DNA of 64,000 nt, from positions 71,437-135,436 of the forward strand of contig JBDGUI010000007.1 in NCBI GenBank assembly GCA_042216015.1, read 5' to 3'. Both the position numbers and the translations under genes were made by a program. This stretch comes from Halodesulfurarchaeum sp. (lineage in GTDB: Archaea; Halobacteriota; Halobacteria; Halobacteriales; Halobacteriaceae). A model generated the notes under the pieces. That model saw nothing but the letters and a program-made list of their open reading frames with translations. It searched no databases and was not told where the DNA came from. Position 1 is the stretch's first letter. The number at the start of each line of letters is the position of its first letter. Below are positions 19,807-28,477 of this stretch, piece after piece.

Positions 19807-20706
19807 TTAGAGGTGACCGCTCTTCTGGAGCTTGCGGAGGTCCTCGGTGTCGAGCGTCTCGCCCTCCTTGAACCGCTCGTAGATCTCCTCTGCCTCCTCG
19901 CGGGCCTCCTCCCGCTTGGCGTCACGCTTGTCCTTGCGCTTTTCCTCCTCCTTCTTGTCGAGTTCACGGAGGCGCTTTTGGACCTCCACGAAGGCCTGGT
20001 GGTGGGCGTCGGCGGCCTCCTGGGCCTCGACGAACTGCTCGTGGGTCTCGTCGGCCCGGTCGCGGACGTCGTCGGCCTCCCGGTAGGCCTCGATCATCTT
20101 GTTGTGGTGTTTCTGGGCCCGATCGGCCAGTTCGGTGACCTTCTCGTGGTGTTTCGAGGCCTCGGCCCGCACCGTCTCGGCCTCCTCGACGAGTTCTTCG
20201 AGGTCGTCGTTCTGGTCGAGTTTGGCCTTTCGTTCCTGGTACTCCTCGCGTTTCTCCTCGATTTCCTCGATGAGTTCCCGCTCGTCCTCGGTCGAGAGGA
20301 CCTCGGTCTGCTGTTTGAACTCGAGGTCCTCGATCTCGGATTTGAGCTGCTCGAGGTCCTTGCCCTCGTCGAGTTCGAGGTCGGCCTTCATCGACTCGAC
20401 CTTCTCGAAGAGGTCATTCGCCTTCGCGTTCAGCTCGTTTCGCACCGACTTGTGTTCCTGGACCCGGTCGTTCAACGTATCGCGGGTCTCGCGGTGTTCC
20501 TGGGCGGCGTCGACCTTCTCGCGGGTCTTCGCGTTCAGTTCGTCACGCTTTGACGCCCGGGAACTGGCGAGTTGATTCAACTCGTTCCGGCGATCCCTGA
20601 ACTGGCCGGCCTTTTTGATGAGCTGACCCTTTGATTTTTCCTGAAGCTCCTCTTCCGTGATGAGTTCTTCCACACTCGATACCGTGATTTCAACTTGTTC
20701 TGCCAT
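19807..20706 (-). CDS. Archaeal coiled-coil protein (COG1340-like)
   Basis: Highly charged helical sequence with RDRRNELN, LEFKQQT, EIYERFKEGETLDTEDL. Confidence 0.85.
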   Translation of the reverse strand: MAEQVEITVSSVEELITEEELQEKSKGQLIKKAGQFRDRRNELNQLASSRASKRDELNAKTREKVDAAQEHRETRDTLNDRVQEHKSVRNELNAKANDLFEKVESMKADLELDEGKDLEQLKSEIEDLEFKQQTEVLSTEDERELIEEIEEKREEYQERKAKLDQNDDLEELVEEAETVRAEASKHHEKVTELADRAQKHHNKMIEAYREADDVRDRADETHEQFVEAQEAADAHHQAFVEVQKRLRELDKKEEEKRKDKRDAKREEAREEAEEIYERFKEGETLDTEDLRKLQKSGHL

Positions 20707-20939
20707 TGGTTGGCCCTCGATTCCATACTGTCACGACGTTCGCATGGCAACGGCTCGTCGGTCCGTAACCAGTCTGAGAACCGTCTTCGGTTGTCGGGCT
20801 GTGCGCGAACACTCGTGACCTTCTGGTATTTGCGTATATCCAAGCACTGTGATTAAGTGTTTCGCTGTGTCCGCGAACACTTTCACTTTCACTCCACACC
20901 TGGCTCGCATTGACGGGGTCTGGCTTCCAATCGTGAGCT

Positions 20940-21113
20940 ATGCTTCCCGACCTCTCGCTCACTTGCACCCGGTGTGGCGACGAATTGGAACCCCCGGATC
21001 GGAAGCTCTCGATGGAGACGGCGGAGGGATTCCGCCACGCTTACGAGTGCTCCTGTGGGGCGATCACGATCACCGTCTCGACCGAACGGGCCCCGCTCGT
21101 TCACGAGGCATGA
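20940..21113 (+). CDS. Zinc-finger micro-protein, 57 aa (absent from ORF track)
   Basis: Translated by hand: MLPDLSLTCTRCGDELEPPDRKLSMETAEGFRHAYECSCGAITITVSTERAPLVHEA (CxxCG plus CxCG). Confidence 0.7.
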   Translation: MLPDLSLTCTRCGDELEPPDRKLSMETAEGFRHAYECSCGAITITVSTERAPLVHEA

Positions 21114-21168
21114 CTGTGGCTCACGTCGAGTGAAACCACTAAACCCCCTCCCTCGATAGCTACCGGCA

Positions 21169-21588
21169 ATGGCACTCGAAGAACGGGTGACTGCGACGGG
21201 CCACGAGAACGTCCTCGCCGAGCACTCGAGCACGTTCGAGGTGACGACGGAGGACTTCCTCACGAGGGCCGGTGATTGCATTCTCGCCATCGGGGCCGAC
21301 CGGGCCCCTGCCGACTTCGATGCGGCGTTCGTCGAGGCTGCCCAGGACCGCACGACCACCATCGCGGCCATCTTCGAGGCGGGCGATTCCACGGTCGAAA
21401 TCCGGGGTCGTGGCGACCCACAACTCACCTTCGAGAACGAGGTGAGCCTGGTGGGGCGTACGAGTGACTACGTCGACGACCGGACGATCATGGTCGAGGC
21501 GAACGCGGCGGCCGCCGACCTGGATCGCGAATTCGTGACGGCGCTGGGCCAGGGCGCCGAACTTTCGCTCACACTCCGGGTGGAGTGA
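21169..21588 (+). CDS. DUF371 domain protein
   Basis: ATGHENV.A.H.STFEVT.E..LT..GDCI, VGRTSDYVDDRT. Confidence 0.88.
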   Translation: MALEERVTATGHENVLAEHSSTFEVTTEDFLTRAGDCILAIGADRAPADFDAAFVEAAQDRTTTIAAIFEAGDSTVEIRGRGDPQLTFENEVSLVGRTSDYVDDRTIMVEANAAAADLDREFVTALGQGAELSLTLRVE

Positions 21589-21780
21589 CTGTAAAGCCGG
21601 GCCGATGTGCGGTCGCAAACTGGTCAGGGATACCGCCCCGATCCATCGAGACGACTCCGCCGACCCATCCAGACAACTCCACTGAACCAGCGAGATAATG
21701 CCGCCAGACAAACCAGACAACCCCGCTGACTCATCGGGACAACCGTCACGTTTGAACCCGAGCAGGTCGGAGTCAGTGCC

Positions 21781-22623
21781 ATGACCGATTCGGGCGAACC
21801 GGCACACAACATCGCCGGGGGAGAACCCCTCGATGAACGTGATGCCACCACCGAGTCTGGCAATGGAAGTGATGCCACCACCGAGTCTGGAGACCCAGTC
21901 ACGAGGGCAGAGGCAGTCGTCGACCGGCTCGGTGAACTGTTCTGGCGGACCTCCTATGGTGGACAGCACGCCTTCGAGTCGCTGGTCCGGACGATTCTCT
22001 CACAGAACACGAGCGACCAGGCCAGCCAACCCGTCCACGATGCCCTCGTGGATCGGTTCGGGCGCGGAGAGGTGGGACTCGCCGAATCTCTCGCCTCGGC
22101 CGAGCGAGCGGAGATCGCCTCGGTCATCGAACCGGCCGGCCTCTACAATCAGAAGTCCGCGGTCATCCAGCGCGTCGCCGAGCACGTTCTCGATACCTAC
22201 GGCAGTGCTGACTCCTTCGATCGATACGTCAGGGAGGAGGATGCCGTCGAGGTCCGTGACGCGCTTCTCGAACGCAAGGGCGTGGGACCGAAAACCGCCG
22301 ACTGTGTCCTCCTGTTCGCCGGGGGAAGGGATGGCGTCTTCCCGGTCGATACCCACGTCCATCGCATCTACCGCCGGCTCGGCATTGCGCCGCCCGACGC
22401 CGACCACGAGGAGGTCAGGGAGGTGCTCGAGACCGAAGTCCCACCCGACAAATGCGGGTACGGTCACACCACGAGCATTCAATTCGGTCGAGAATACTGC
22501 ACGGCCCGAGATCCGGCCTGTCTGGCCGGTTCGGATTCCTGCCCGCTTTTCGACCGCTGCGATCGGGTGGGGGTGGACCTGGAGTCAGGTGACGTCGTGG
22601 ATCCGGCAGAAGCGGCCGATTGA
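21781..22623 (+). CDS. Endonuclease III family (HhH-GPD) DNA glycosylase with [4Fe-4S] motif
   Basis: ILSQNT, GVGPKTA, PVDTHVHR, C-x6-C..C.....C. Confidence 0.9.
   Translation: MTDSGEPAHNIAGGEPLDERDATTESGNGSDATTESGDPVTRAEAVVDRLGELFWRTSYGGQHAFESLVRTILSQNTSDQASQPVHDALVDRFGRGEVGLAESLASAERAEIASVIEPAGLYNQKSAVIQRVAEHVLDTYGSADSFDRYVREEDAVEVRDALLERKGVGPKTADCVLLFAGGRDGVFPVDTHVHRIYRRLGIAPPDADHEEVREVLETEVPPDKCGYGHTTSIQFGREYCTARDPACLAGSDSCPLFDRCDRVGVDLESGDVVDPAEAAD
21839..21890 (+). repeat. 22-bp perfect direct repeat, 30-bp period, in frame (DATTESG x2)
   Basis: gtgatgccaccaccgagtctgg at 21839 and 21869. Confidence 0.85.
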
Positions 22624-22652
22624 GCGGGATCGATCCGGTCGAAGCGCTTTCG

Positions 22653-24569
22653 CTACACGAACCGGAACGTTTCGAGGTTCTTGGGTGCGAACGTCCGGAT
22701 GTCGTACTTGTGGTACAGCGCGGAGGAAAGCTCCTGGGTCGAGCGTTCGTCCCCGTGCACACAGAGGATCTTCTCCGGACGTGGATTCATGGTCTTCACG
22801 AAGTCCTCGAGCCCCTGCCGGTCGGAGTGGCCGGAGAACCCGTCGACGGTCTCGACGTCGATGTCCAGGCTCACGCGCTCGCTCCGGCCACCACCCTTCG
22901 AGAGTGGCACCTCGTCCCAGCCGCTCTGGATCCGGCGCCCGAGGGTTCCCTGAGCCTGGTAGCCCACGAAGACCATCGTCGAATCCCGATCCGGCCCGAG
23001 ATGCTCGAGCCAGGACATGATCGGGCCGCCGGTGACCATCCCCGAGGTCGAGAGGACGATCGCCGGGTCGCCGTTGGTGATTTCCCGTCGCTCGTCCTCC
23101 CCACCGTCGACCTGGTTGAACTGTTCGGCGAGGAACGGATTCGCGTCGTCGTGAAAGATCCGGTCCCGAAGGTCGTCCCGGAGGTACTCGGGATAGGTCG
23201 TGTGGATCGCCGTGGCCTCCCAGATCATGCCATCGAGGTGGATCGGGACCTCCGGAATCTCCCCGGACCGCATCGCCTCCTCGAGAACCAGCATGATCTC
23301 CTGAGACCGGCCGACGGCAAAAGCGGGAATGAGCACCTTGCCCCCTTCGTCGATCGTCTCATTGACGAGCCGCTTGAGGTTCTCTTCGGCATCCGCCTGG
23401 TCGGTCTGGTAGTCGTTTCGACCGCCATAGGTCGACTCCATGACCAGGGTCTCGACGCGCGGGAAGTCGTTGACGGCGCCGTTGAACAGTCGGGTGTCCT
23501 CGTAGTGAATGTCCCCCGAGAAGGCGACATTGTAGAGACCATCGCCGACGTGGAAGTGGGCGACCGAGGATCCGAGGATGTGTCCGGCGTTGTGAAGGGT
23601 GAGTTTGATGTCCGGCGCGATGTCGGTCACGTCACCGTATTCGAGCGGGATCGTGTGTTTGATCGCCTCCCTGACCATCTCTGACTCGTATGGCGGCGTT
23701 CGTCCCTCCTTTGCGGCCACATCCAAATAATCCAGGGTTAGAAGGCCCATGAGGTCCCGCGTCGGCTCCGTGGTGTAGATCGGACCATCGTAGCCGTACT
23801 TGAAGAGCAGCGGGACCAGCGCGGAGTGGTCGAGGTGTGCGTGGGTCAGGACGACGGCGTCGATGTTCGTGGGTCCGGCCCCGAGCGCTTCGGGAACTTG
23901 CAGGTAGGGAACTTCGTCAGATCCGGGCTTATCGCCCGCGTCGACGAGGATGCGGGTTTCCGGTGTCGAGAGAATGAATGCCGCCCGGCCGACCTCCCTG
24001 GAACACCCGAGGGTCGTGATGCGAACCCACTCCTCGTCGGCCATCTTCTCGCGGTGGATCTGGCGTCCGACCCGCTCGAGGATGTCACGGCGCTCCTCCC
24101 GCTCCTGTTTGAGGAAGTTCCGGACGTTCGAGACCGTCGAGGACTCGATGGGTGGGGTGCGGACGACCTCAGGGGTCCACCCCGACTCCTTGGCAATCTC
24201 CCGGAGCGTGCTTCCATGCCTGCCGATCACGAGGCCCGGTTTCGCCGCCTCGATGACGACCTCGCCGGTGTCCCTGTGGAAGTCCAGGTCCGTGACCCCC
24301 GCGTCCTCGGGGATGACGGACAGAATGTCCTCCCGGGCCGCTTCGGGACGTGAAAGCACGGCTGGATCGGGTCGGACGGTGATGCGTTTTCGGAGCTGGC
24401 TTGCGAGGTCCCGAATGAGGTCCCCGTTTCGGGCGAACCGCTTTGGATCTCGCGTGTAGACGACCAGTTCCGGGCCCTCGTATTTCACCTCGGTAACTGA
24501 GATGTCGTCGGGGACGGATTCGGTGATCGTCTCCTGAAGGTCTTCGAGTTGCCGGTCTACAGCACTCAT
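22653..24569 (-). CDS. fttA: Beta-CASP ribonuclease aCPSF1 / transcription termination factor FttA
   Basis: Two KH domains (KPGLVIGRHG), THAHLDH, NAGHILGS, MESTYG, FAVGRSQE, GFSGHSD. Confidence 0.95.
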   Translation of the reverse strand: MSAVDRQLEDLQETITESVPDDISVTEVKYEGPELVVYTRDPKRFARNGDLIRDLASQLRKRITVRPDPAVLSRPEAAREDILSVIPEDAGVTDLDFHRDTGEVVIEAAKPGLVIGRHGSTLREIAKESGWTPEVVRTPPIESSTVSNVRNFLKQEREERRDILERVGRQIHREKMADEEWVRITTLGCSREVGRAAFILSTPETRILVDAGDKPGSDEVPYLQVPEALGAGPTNIDAVVLTHAHLDHSALVPLLFKYGYDGPIYTTEPTRDLMGLLTLDYLDVAAKEGRTPPYESEMVREAIKHTIPLEYGDVTDIAPDIKLTLHNAGHILGSSVAHFHVGDGLYNVAFSGDIHYEDTRLFNGAVNDFPRVETLVMESTYGGRNDYQTDQADAEENLKRLVNETIDEGGKVLIPAFAVGRSQEIMLVLEEAMRSGEIPEVPIHLDGMIWEATAIHTTYPEYLRDDLRDRIFHDDANPFLAEQFNQVDGGEDERREITNGDPAIVLSTSGMVTGGPIMSWLEHLGPDRDSTMVFVGYQAQGTLGRRIQSGWDEVPLSKGGGRSERVSLDIDVETVDGFSGHSDRQGLEDFVKTMNPRPEKILCVHGDERSTQELSSALYHKYDIRTFAPKNLETFRFV

Positions 24570-24728
24570 AGTCGAATAGGACGGATTCGGTGTTCGGTCA
24601 TAGCATCAGTGACAGGGTTCCGATCGTCGGTCCAGCGCCCGGTCCATGTGGTGTCGGAAAGAACACAGACCAAGGCCGTGGCGGGTTATCGACCGGAAGC
24701 ACCCGCGTTATCGGCGTATTGTCGGTCC

Positions 24729-24747
24729 CTGATATAAAAGTCTTCCC
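24729..24747 (-). promoter_or_regulatory. BRE/TATA promoter of aCPSF1, implying a leader of about 135 nt
   Basis: Minus strand reads gggaagacTTTTATATc. Confidence 0.55.
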
Positions 24748-25065
24748 AACGAGCCCCCGGTTCAGGCCATCGAGGCCACCCAGGCGATGTACACGAGCCA
24801 TTCGAGATGGGGCGACAATGCCCAGCTCCTCGACCCTCCCCTCGTCCGTGAAGTCGAGATTCTGGGGCTAAGAACGGATCCCACCGCGATCTCCGCCGGG
24901 TCCCGTGTAGGCACATGGATCGCGGTTGGGACGACCGAGACATGAATCCTCCTCGAACTGGCGAGCGTGGCGAGTCATTTACCGAAGGAGATCACTCTCT
25001 CGCAGCCGAAGACGGAGACCGGATACGTCGGACGATTTAAGTGCTTCATCGTTGCATACCTGGGT

Positions 25066-25095
25066 ATGAAACACACGTGGAGGGGGTGCCCGTGA
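25066..25095 (+). promoter_or_regulatory. 9-codon upstream ORF (MKHTWRGCP) overlapping the downstream GTG start (GTGA)
   Basis: TTTAAG at 25036-25041, ATG about 25 nt downstream, internal GGAGGGGGTG SD-like motif. Confidence 0.45.
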
Positions 25096-26618
25096 ACGAG
25101 GAATCCGTCGTGGTCCGAAACGGGGTCACAGTGCGGAAGTCCTTTTCCGCCGATGACTTTCCCGTCCCAGCCGTGACCTTCGAGGTGGCCTCCACGCGGG
25201 AGGAGCCGGTCGATCTTCGAATCACGGACACCATTCCGGAGGGGTTCGGGGTCGAACAGATCGGGTTTCATCCCGACTACGGGAGCGAGCACTGGACGGC
25301 GACCGGCGACGGCGGCGTCCGGTTCGAGCGGTCAGTCGATCCGGGGGAGGAATTCACCACCGTGTACGGCGTCAGGATGCGTGCGGAGGACCAACCCGGC
25401 GTCTTCCTCGAAGAGCCGGACGTCGAGGTGGATCCGACGGAAGCGGCCGAAACCGCTGAGGTGGTTCCCGAGGAGAGCTCATCGGTGGTTCGAGAATTGG
25501 CCCGTGGGGAACGCGAAACCGTGCCCGGTCTCGAAGGCGACGAAACGGACGCCGCCGGGCCGGAACCCGAGGCGACGGTGAGCGAACCCGGGGACGTCGC
25601 ATCCGCGGGGGTACCCGATTCCGACACAGGCGCCGACACGGGGCCCGAGGGGGCGGCCGACGAAGGGGACGCTCTGGAGCAGCGCCTCGAGGACGCCGAA
25701 TCCGACTCCGAGTCAGGTTCTGGGACCGAATCCGGGGAATCACCGGAGGGGGAATCACCCCCCGGTACCGAATCGGGCGCGGGATCGGACACCCAGTCGG
25801 CAGCAGAAACGATGACCCCAATCCAAGAGGAATCACCGGACGAGCCCCGGGACGACACCGAAGCGGCGGAATCGGCGACGCGAAAATCGACCGAAACGAG
25901 GACTGGGGAATCGACCGAAACGAGGACTGGGGAATCGACCGAAACGAGGACTGGGGAATCGGCCGAATCGACGACCGAGGCGGTCGACACGGACACCCAA
26001 TCCCCGTCCGAGCAGACTGCCGTCTCGCCGGAATCCACCACCGACCGATCCATGCACTCCGAGACCGACTCCATCGTCGCCGCATTTGCCGCAGAGATCG
26101 AGGCTGGAACCATCGACGACGCGAATCTCGCGGTCATCCGGGAGGCCCTCGAGGAGGATCGCCCGAACCAGCAAGTCCGACTTGCACAGAGCGACCAGGT
26201 CCGACTCGAACACCTCCAGTCCCGCGTGTCCGACCTCGAGGCATACACGGATGCCCTCGAGCGGTTCCTCGACGAGGAAGGGCGGGGCGATGAGATCATC
26301 GCCGACCTCGAAGCTGAGATCGGGGCGTTCGAGGAGGAACTCGCGGAGATCGACTCCCGTCTCGACTCGGCTGCCGCCGAGCGTGACACCATGAGCGAAC
26401 ACCTCGAAAACCTTGAGAGCACCGTCGAGGCCATCGCCGGGGTCGCCGAGCAGATCGAACGCGTTCGGGGGGACGTCGAGGCACTCGACGAGCGCGTTGC
26501 CGACGTCGAGGAGGTCAGTGCAGACGTCTCTGCCCTGGAATCAAAACTCGAAACGGTCGAGGCGGAGCTCGAGGAGATCACCGAGTGGCGCGACCAGCTC
26601 TCTGACGTCTTCGGTTGA
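25092..26618 (+). CDS. Acidic protein: N-terminal folded (beta-rich) domain, disordered linker, C-terminal coiled coil; paralogue of 55877-57988
   Basis: SD plus GTG start, N-domain FPVPAV...QIGFHPDYGS.HW...FTTVYG, heptad region from QVRLEHLQSRVSDLEAYTDALE. Confidence 0.85.
   Translation: MNEESVVVRNGVTVRKSFSADDFPVPAVTFEVASTREEPVDLRITDTIPEGFGVEQIGFHPDYGSEHWTATGDGGVRFERSVDPGEEFTTVYGVRMRAEDQPGVFLEEPDVEVDPTEAAETAEVVPEESSSVVRELARGERETVPGLEGDETDAAGPEPEATVSEPGDVASAGVPDSDTGADTGPEGAADEGDALEQRLEDAESDSESGSGTESGESPEGESPPGTESGAGSDTQSAAETMTPIQEESPDEPRDDTEAAESATRKSTETRTGESTETRTGESTETRTGESAESTTEAVDTDTQSPSEQTAVSPESTTDRSMHSETDSIVAAFAAEIEAGTIDDANLAVIREALEEDRPNQQVRLAQSDQVRLEHLQSRVSDLEAYTDALERFLDEEGRGDEIIADLEAEIGAFEEELAEIDSRLDSAAAERDTMSEHLENLESTVEAIAGVAEQIERVRGDVEALDERVADVEEVSADVSALESKLETVEAELEEITEWRDQLSDVFG
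25885..25956 (+). repeat. 24-bp perfect tandem repeat x3 (STETRTGE)
   Basis: aatcgaccgaaacgaggactgggg at 25885, 25909 and 25933. Confidence 0.95.
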
Positions 26619-26651
26619 GGCGGTCGCTCCGCAACATATCGGTGATAGACG

Positions 26652-26690
26652 GGGGGTGACGGACCCCTTGTCGAGGTTTTTTTTTTATTT
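26652..26690 (+). terminator. Short hairpin followed by a T10 tract
   Basis: ggggt-gacgg-acccc, then T run at 26677-26686, just after the CDS stop. Confidence 0.65.
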
Positions 26691-26976
26691 GGAATCCGTT
26701 CCGAGTGCCCTCTCTCGGTCGAATGCGAACCACGCCGATCGGACTCGCCACGATCGATCCCGCCCGCTCGAAATACTTGCGGGCAACTTCCTTTCGGTTC
26801 GATGGTTGACCGGCGGTTCGTCACGACCCAACCGGCACGTCAGTTCCGTTTCACCCCAAACTCGATTCACTCACGGCCGGCTCTCGACTCAGATCCCGCC
26901 GGCAGTCGATCCAACTACGGTCGGCACTCCATTTCAGTTCAATTGCCATCCGAACCGACCCGGGTCGGCACTCGAT

Positions 26977-27180
26977 TCAGATTCGATTGGCCTCGGTTCC
27001 GGTCCCGTCCGCAGGGATGACTGAGACGTTCTCGAGGTCGAAATCGGTGACCTCGGGAATCTCCTCCTCCTGGTCGGGTGGGGTCTCACTGGCATCGAGG
27101 GTCGAAGATATCTCCTGTTCGATGCGTTGTTCGCGCTTTTTCTTTCCCTTTCGTTCGCGACCCCGCTTCGTGTCACCCAT
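26977..27180 (-). CDS. Small protein (67 aa) with basic N-terminus and acidic C-terminus
   Basis: MGDTKRGRERKGKKKREQRIEQEI...; minus-strand TTAAG about 25 nt upstream, consistent with a leaderless transcript. Confidence 0.65.
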   Translation of the reverse strand: MGDTKRGRERKGKKKREQRIEQEISSTLDASETPPDQEEEIPEVTDFDLENVSVIPADGTGTEANRI

Positions 27181-27386
27181 ATCTTGGGATACGTTGTCAT
27201 ACCACTTAACCGTTCGCTCCGACGCCAATCTGGCCGGATCGATTCGGAACGGCGACGGATTCTCGCTTCGGACGAATGAGTGGGTCCCTGCGTGATGGCC
27301 TCTCTCGGGGGTGGTCCGTTCGAGATGGCCGGGCCCGCGACGGGCCCGTTCGTCACGGTTTTCCTTGGCGCGGTTCACTCGGCTAT

Positions 27387-28379
27387 ATGAACCACGCGCT
27401 CGTCATTGGCGGGACCCGCTTCATCGGTCGGCACCTGGTTCGGGAACTGCTCGATCACGACTTCGAACTCACCATCTTCAACCGTGGCCGACACGAGAAC
27501 CCGTTCGCCGGGGAGAACCGGGTCGAGCACGTCGTCGGGGATCGGACGGACGAAGCGCGCGTGCAGACGGTGGCCGATATGGTCGATCCGGATTACGTCT
27601 TCGATGTCGTTGCCTACCACCCCCACGAGGTGGCCCATGCGACTCGCGTCTTCGAGGGTGTGCAGGCGTACGTCTACGTCTCGAGTGGGGCAGCCTACGC
27701 CGCCGAGGAGATACCCAAGCGGGAGGACGAGACCCCACTCGAGCCCTGCTCGTCTGAGCAGGCAACGGATGACTCCTCCGAAACCTACGGCAACCGGAAG
27801 GCGGCGGGGGATCGCGAGGTCGCTCGAGCCGCCGAACGCGGCGTCAACGCGATGTCCGTTCGACCGCCAGTGGTCTACGGTCCACACGACTACACCGAGC
27901 GGCTTGATTTCTGGTTGCATCGCGTGGCGTCCTCCGATCGAATCGTGGTGCCGGGAGACGGCACGAACCTCTGGCAGCGGGCGTACGTCGAGGACGTCGC
28001 AAGCGGCATGCGGCGGGTCGCCGAACGTGGCGACCCGGGAGAGTGGTACAACGTGGGGGATCGCAACGCCGTCACCCTCGACCGGATGCTCGAACTCGCT
28101 GCAGACGCGTTGGGAACGGACGTCGAACTCGTCCACGCGAGCGATCGCGAACTGTCGATCGCCGACCTCGACTCGACCGCTTTTCCCCTGTACCGGGGAT
28201 ACCCCCATCTGCTCGCCACGGACAAGTTGGCTGCGCTCGGGTGGGAGTCGACGCCGGTCGAGATGGCCATGGAGCGAACGGTCGCCGATCACCAGGAGAG
28301 CGACCGGGACGGACTCGAGAAGGGGCCGGACCGGGCTGGGGAGGAACGACTGCTCGAGGTGCTCGAAACGGTTCGATAG
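27387..28379 (+). CDS. NAD-dependent epimerase/dehydratase (extended SDR)
   Basis: IGGTRFIG, FNRG, YGNRK, RPPVVYGP, YVEDVA. Confidence 0.88.
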   Translation: MNHALVIGGTRFIGRHLVRELLDHDFELTIFNRGRHENPFAGENRVEHVVGDRTDEARVQTVADMVDPDYVFDVVAYHPHEVAHATRVFEGVQAYVYVSSGAAYAAEEIPKREDETPLEPCSSEQATDDSSETYGNRKAAGDREVARAAERGVNAMSVRPPVVYGPHDYTERLDFWLHRVASSDRIVVPGDGTNLWQRAYVEDVASGMRRVAERGDPGEWYNVGDRNAVTLDRMLELAADALGTDVELVHASDRELSIADLDSTAFPLYRGYPHLLATDKLAALGWESTPVEMAMERTVADHQESDRDGLEKGPDRAGEERLLEVLETVR

Positions 28380-28477
28380 CGAATCGGCGAGTGTCCGGAA
28401 CGAGCGTCAGATTTCGACCAGCCACCGCCCCGAACCGTCCCGGGGTGGTTTATGGTGCCAGGTCAAGAATGAGAGGT

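Noticed and set aside
21141..21157. 17-mer aaaccccctccctcgat also present at 62655-62671
   Set aside because: Low-complexity sequence, and one such match in 64 kb of GC-rich DNA is plausible by chance.
24787..24945. 52-codon plus-strand ORF (MYTSHSRWG...) upstream of aCPSF1
   Set aside because: No motif and no clear promoter at the right distance; cannot be supported.
26691..26976. Possible ncRNA in long intergenic gaps (also 52410-52664 and 58046-58249)
   Set aside because: No tRNA, SRP, RNase P or C/D-box signature recognisable by eye; an Infernal/Rfam scan would be needed.
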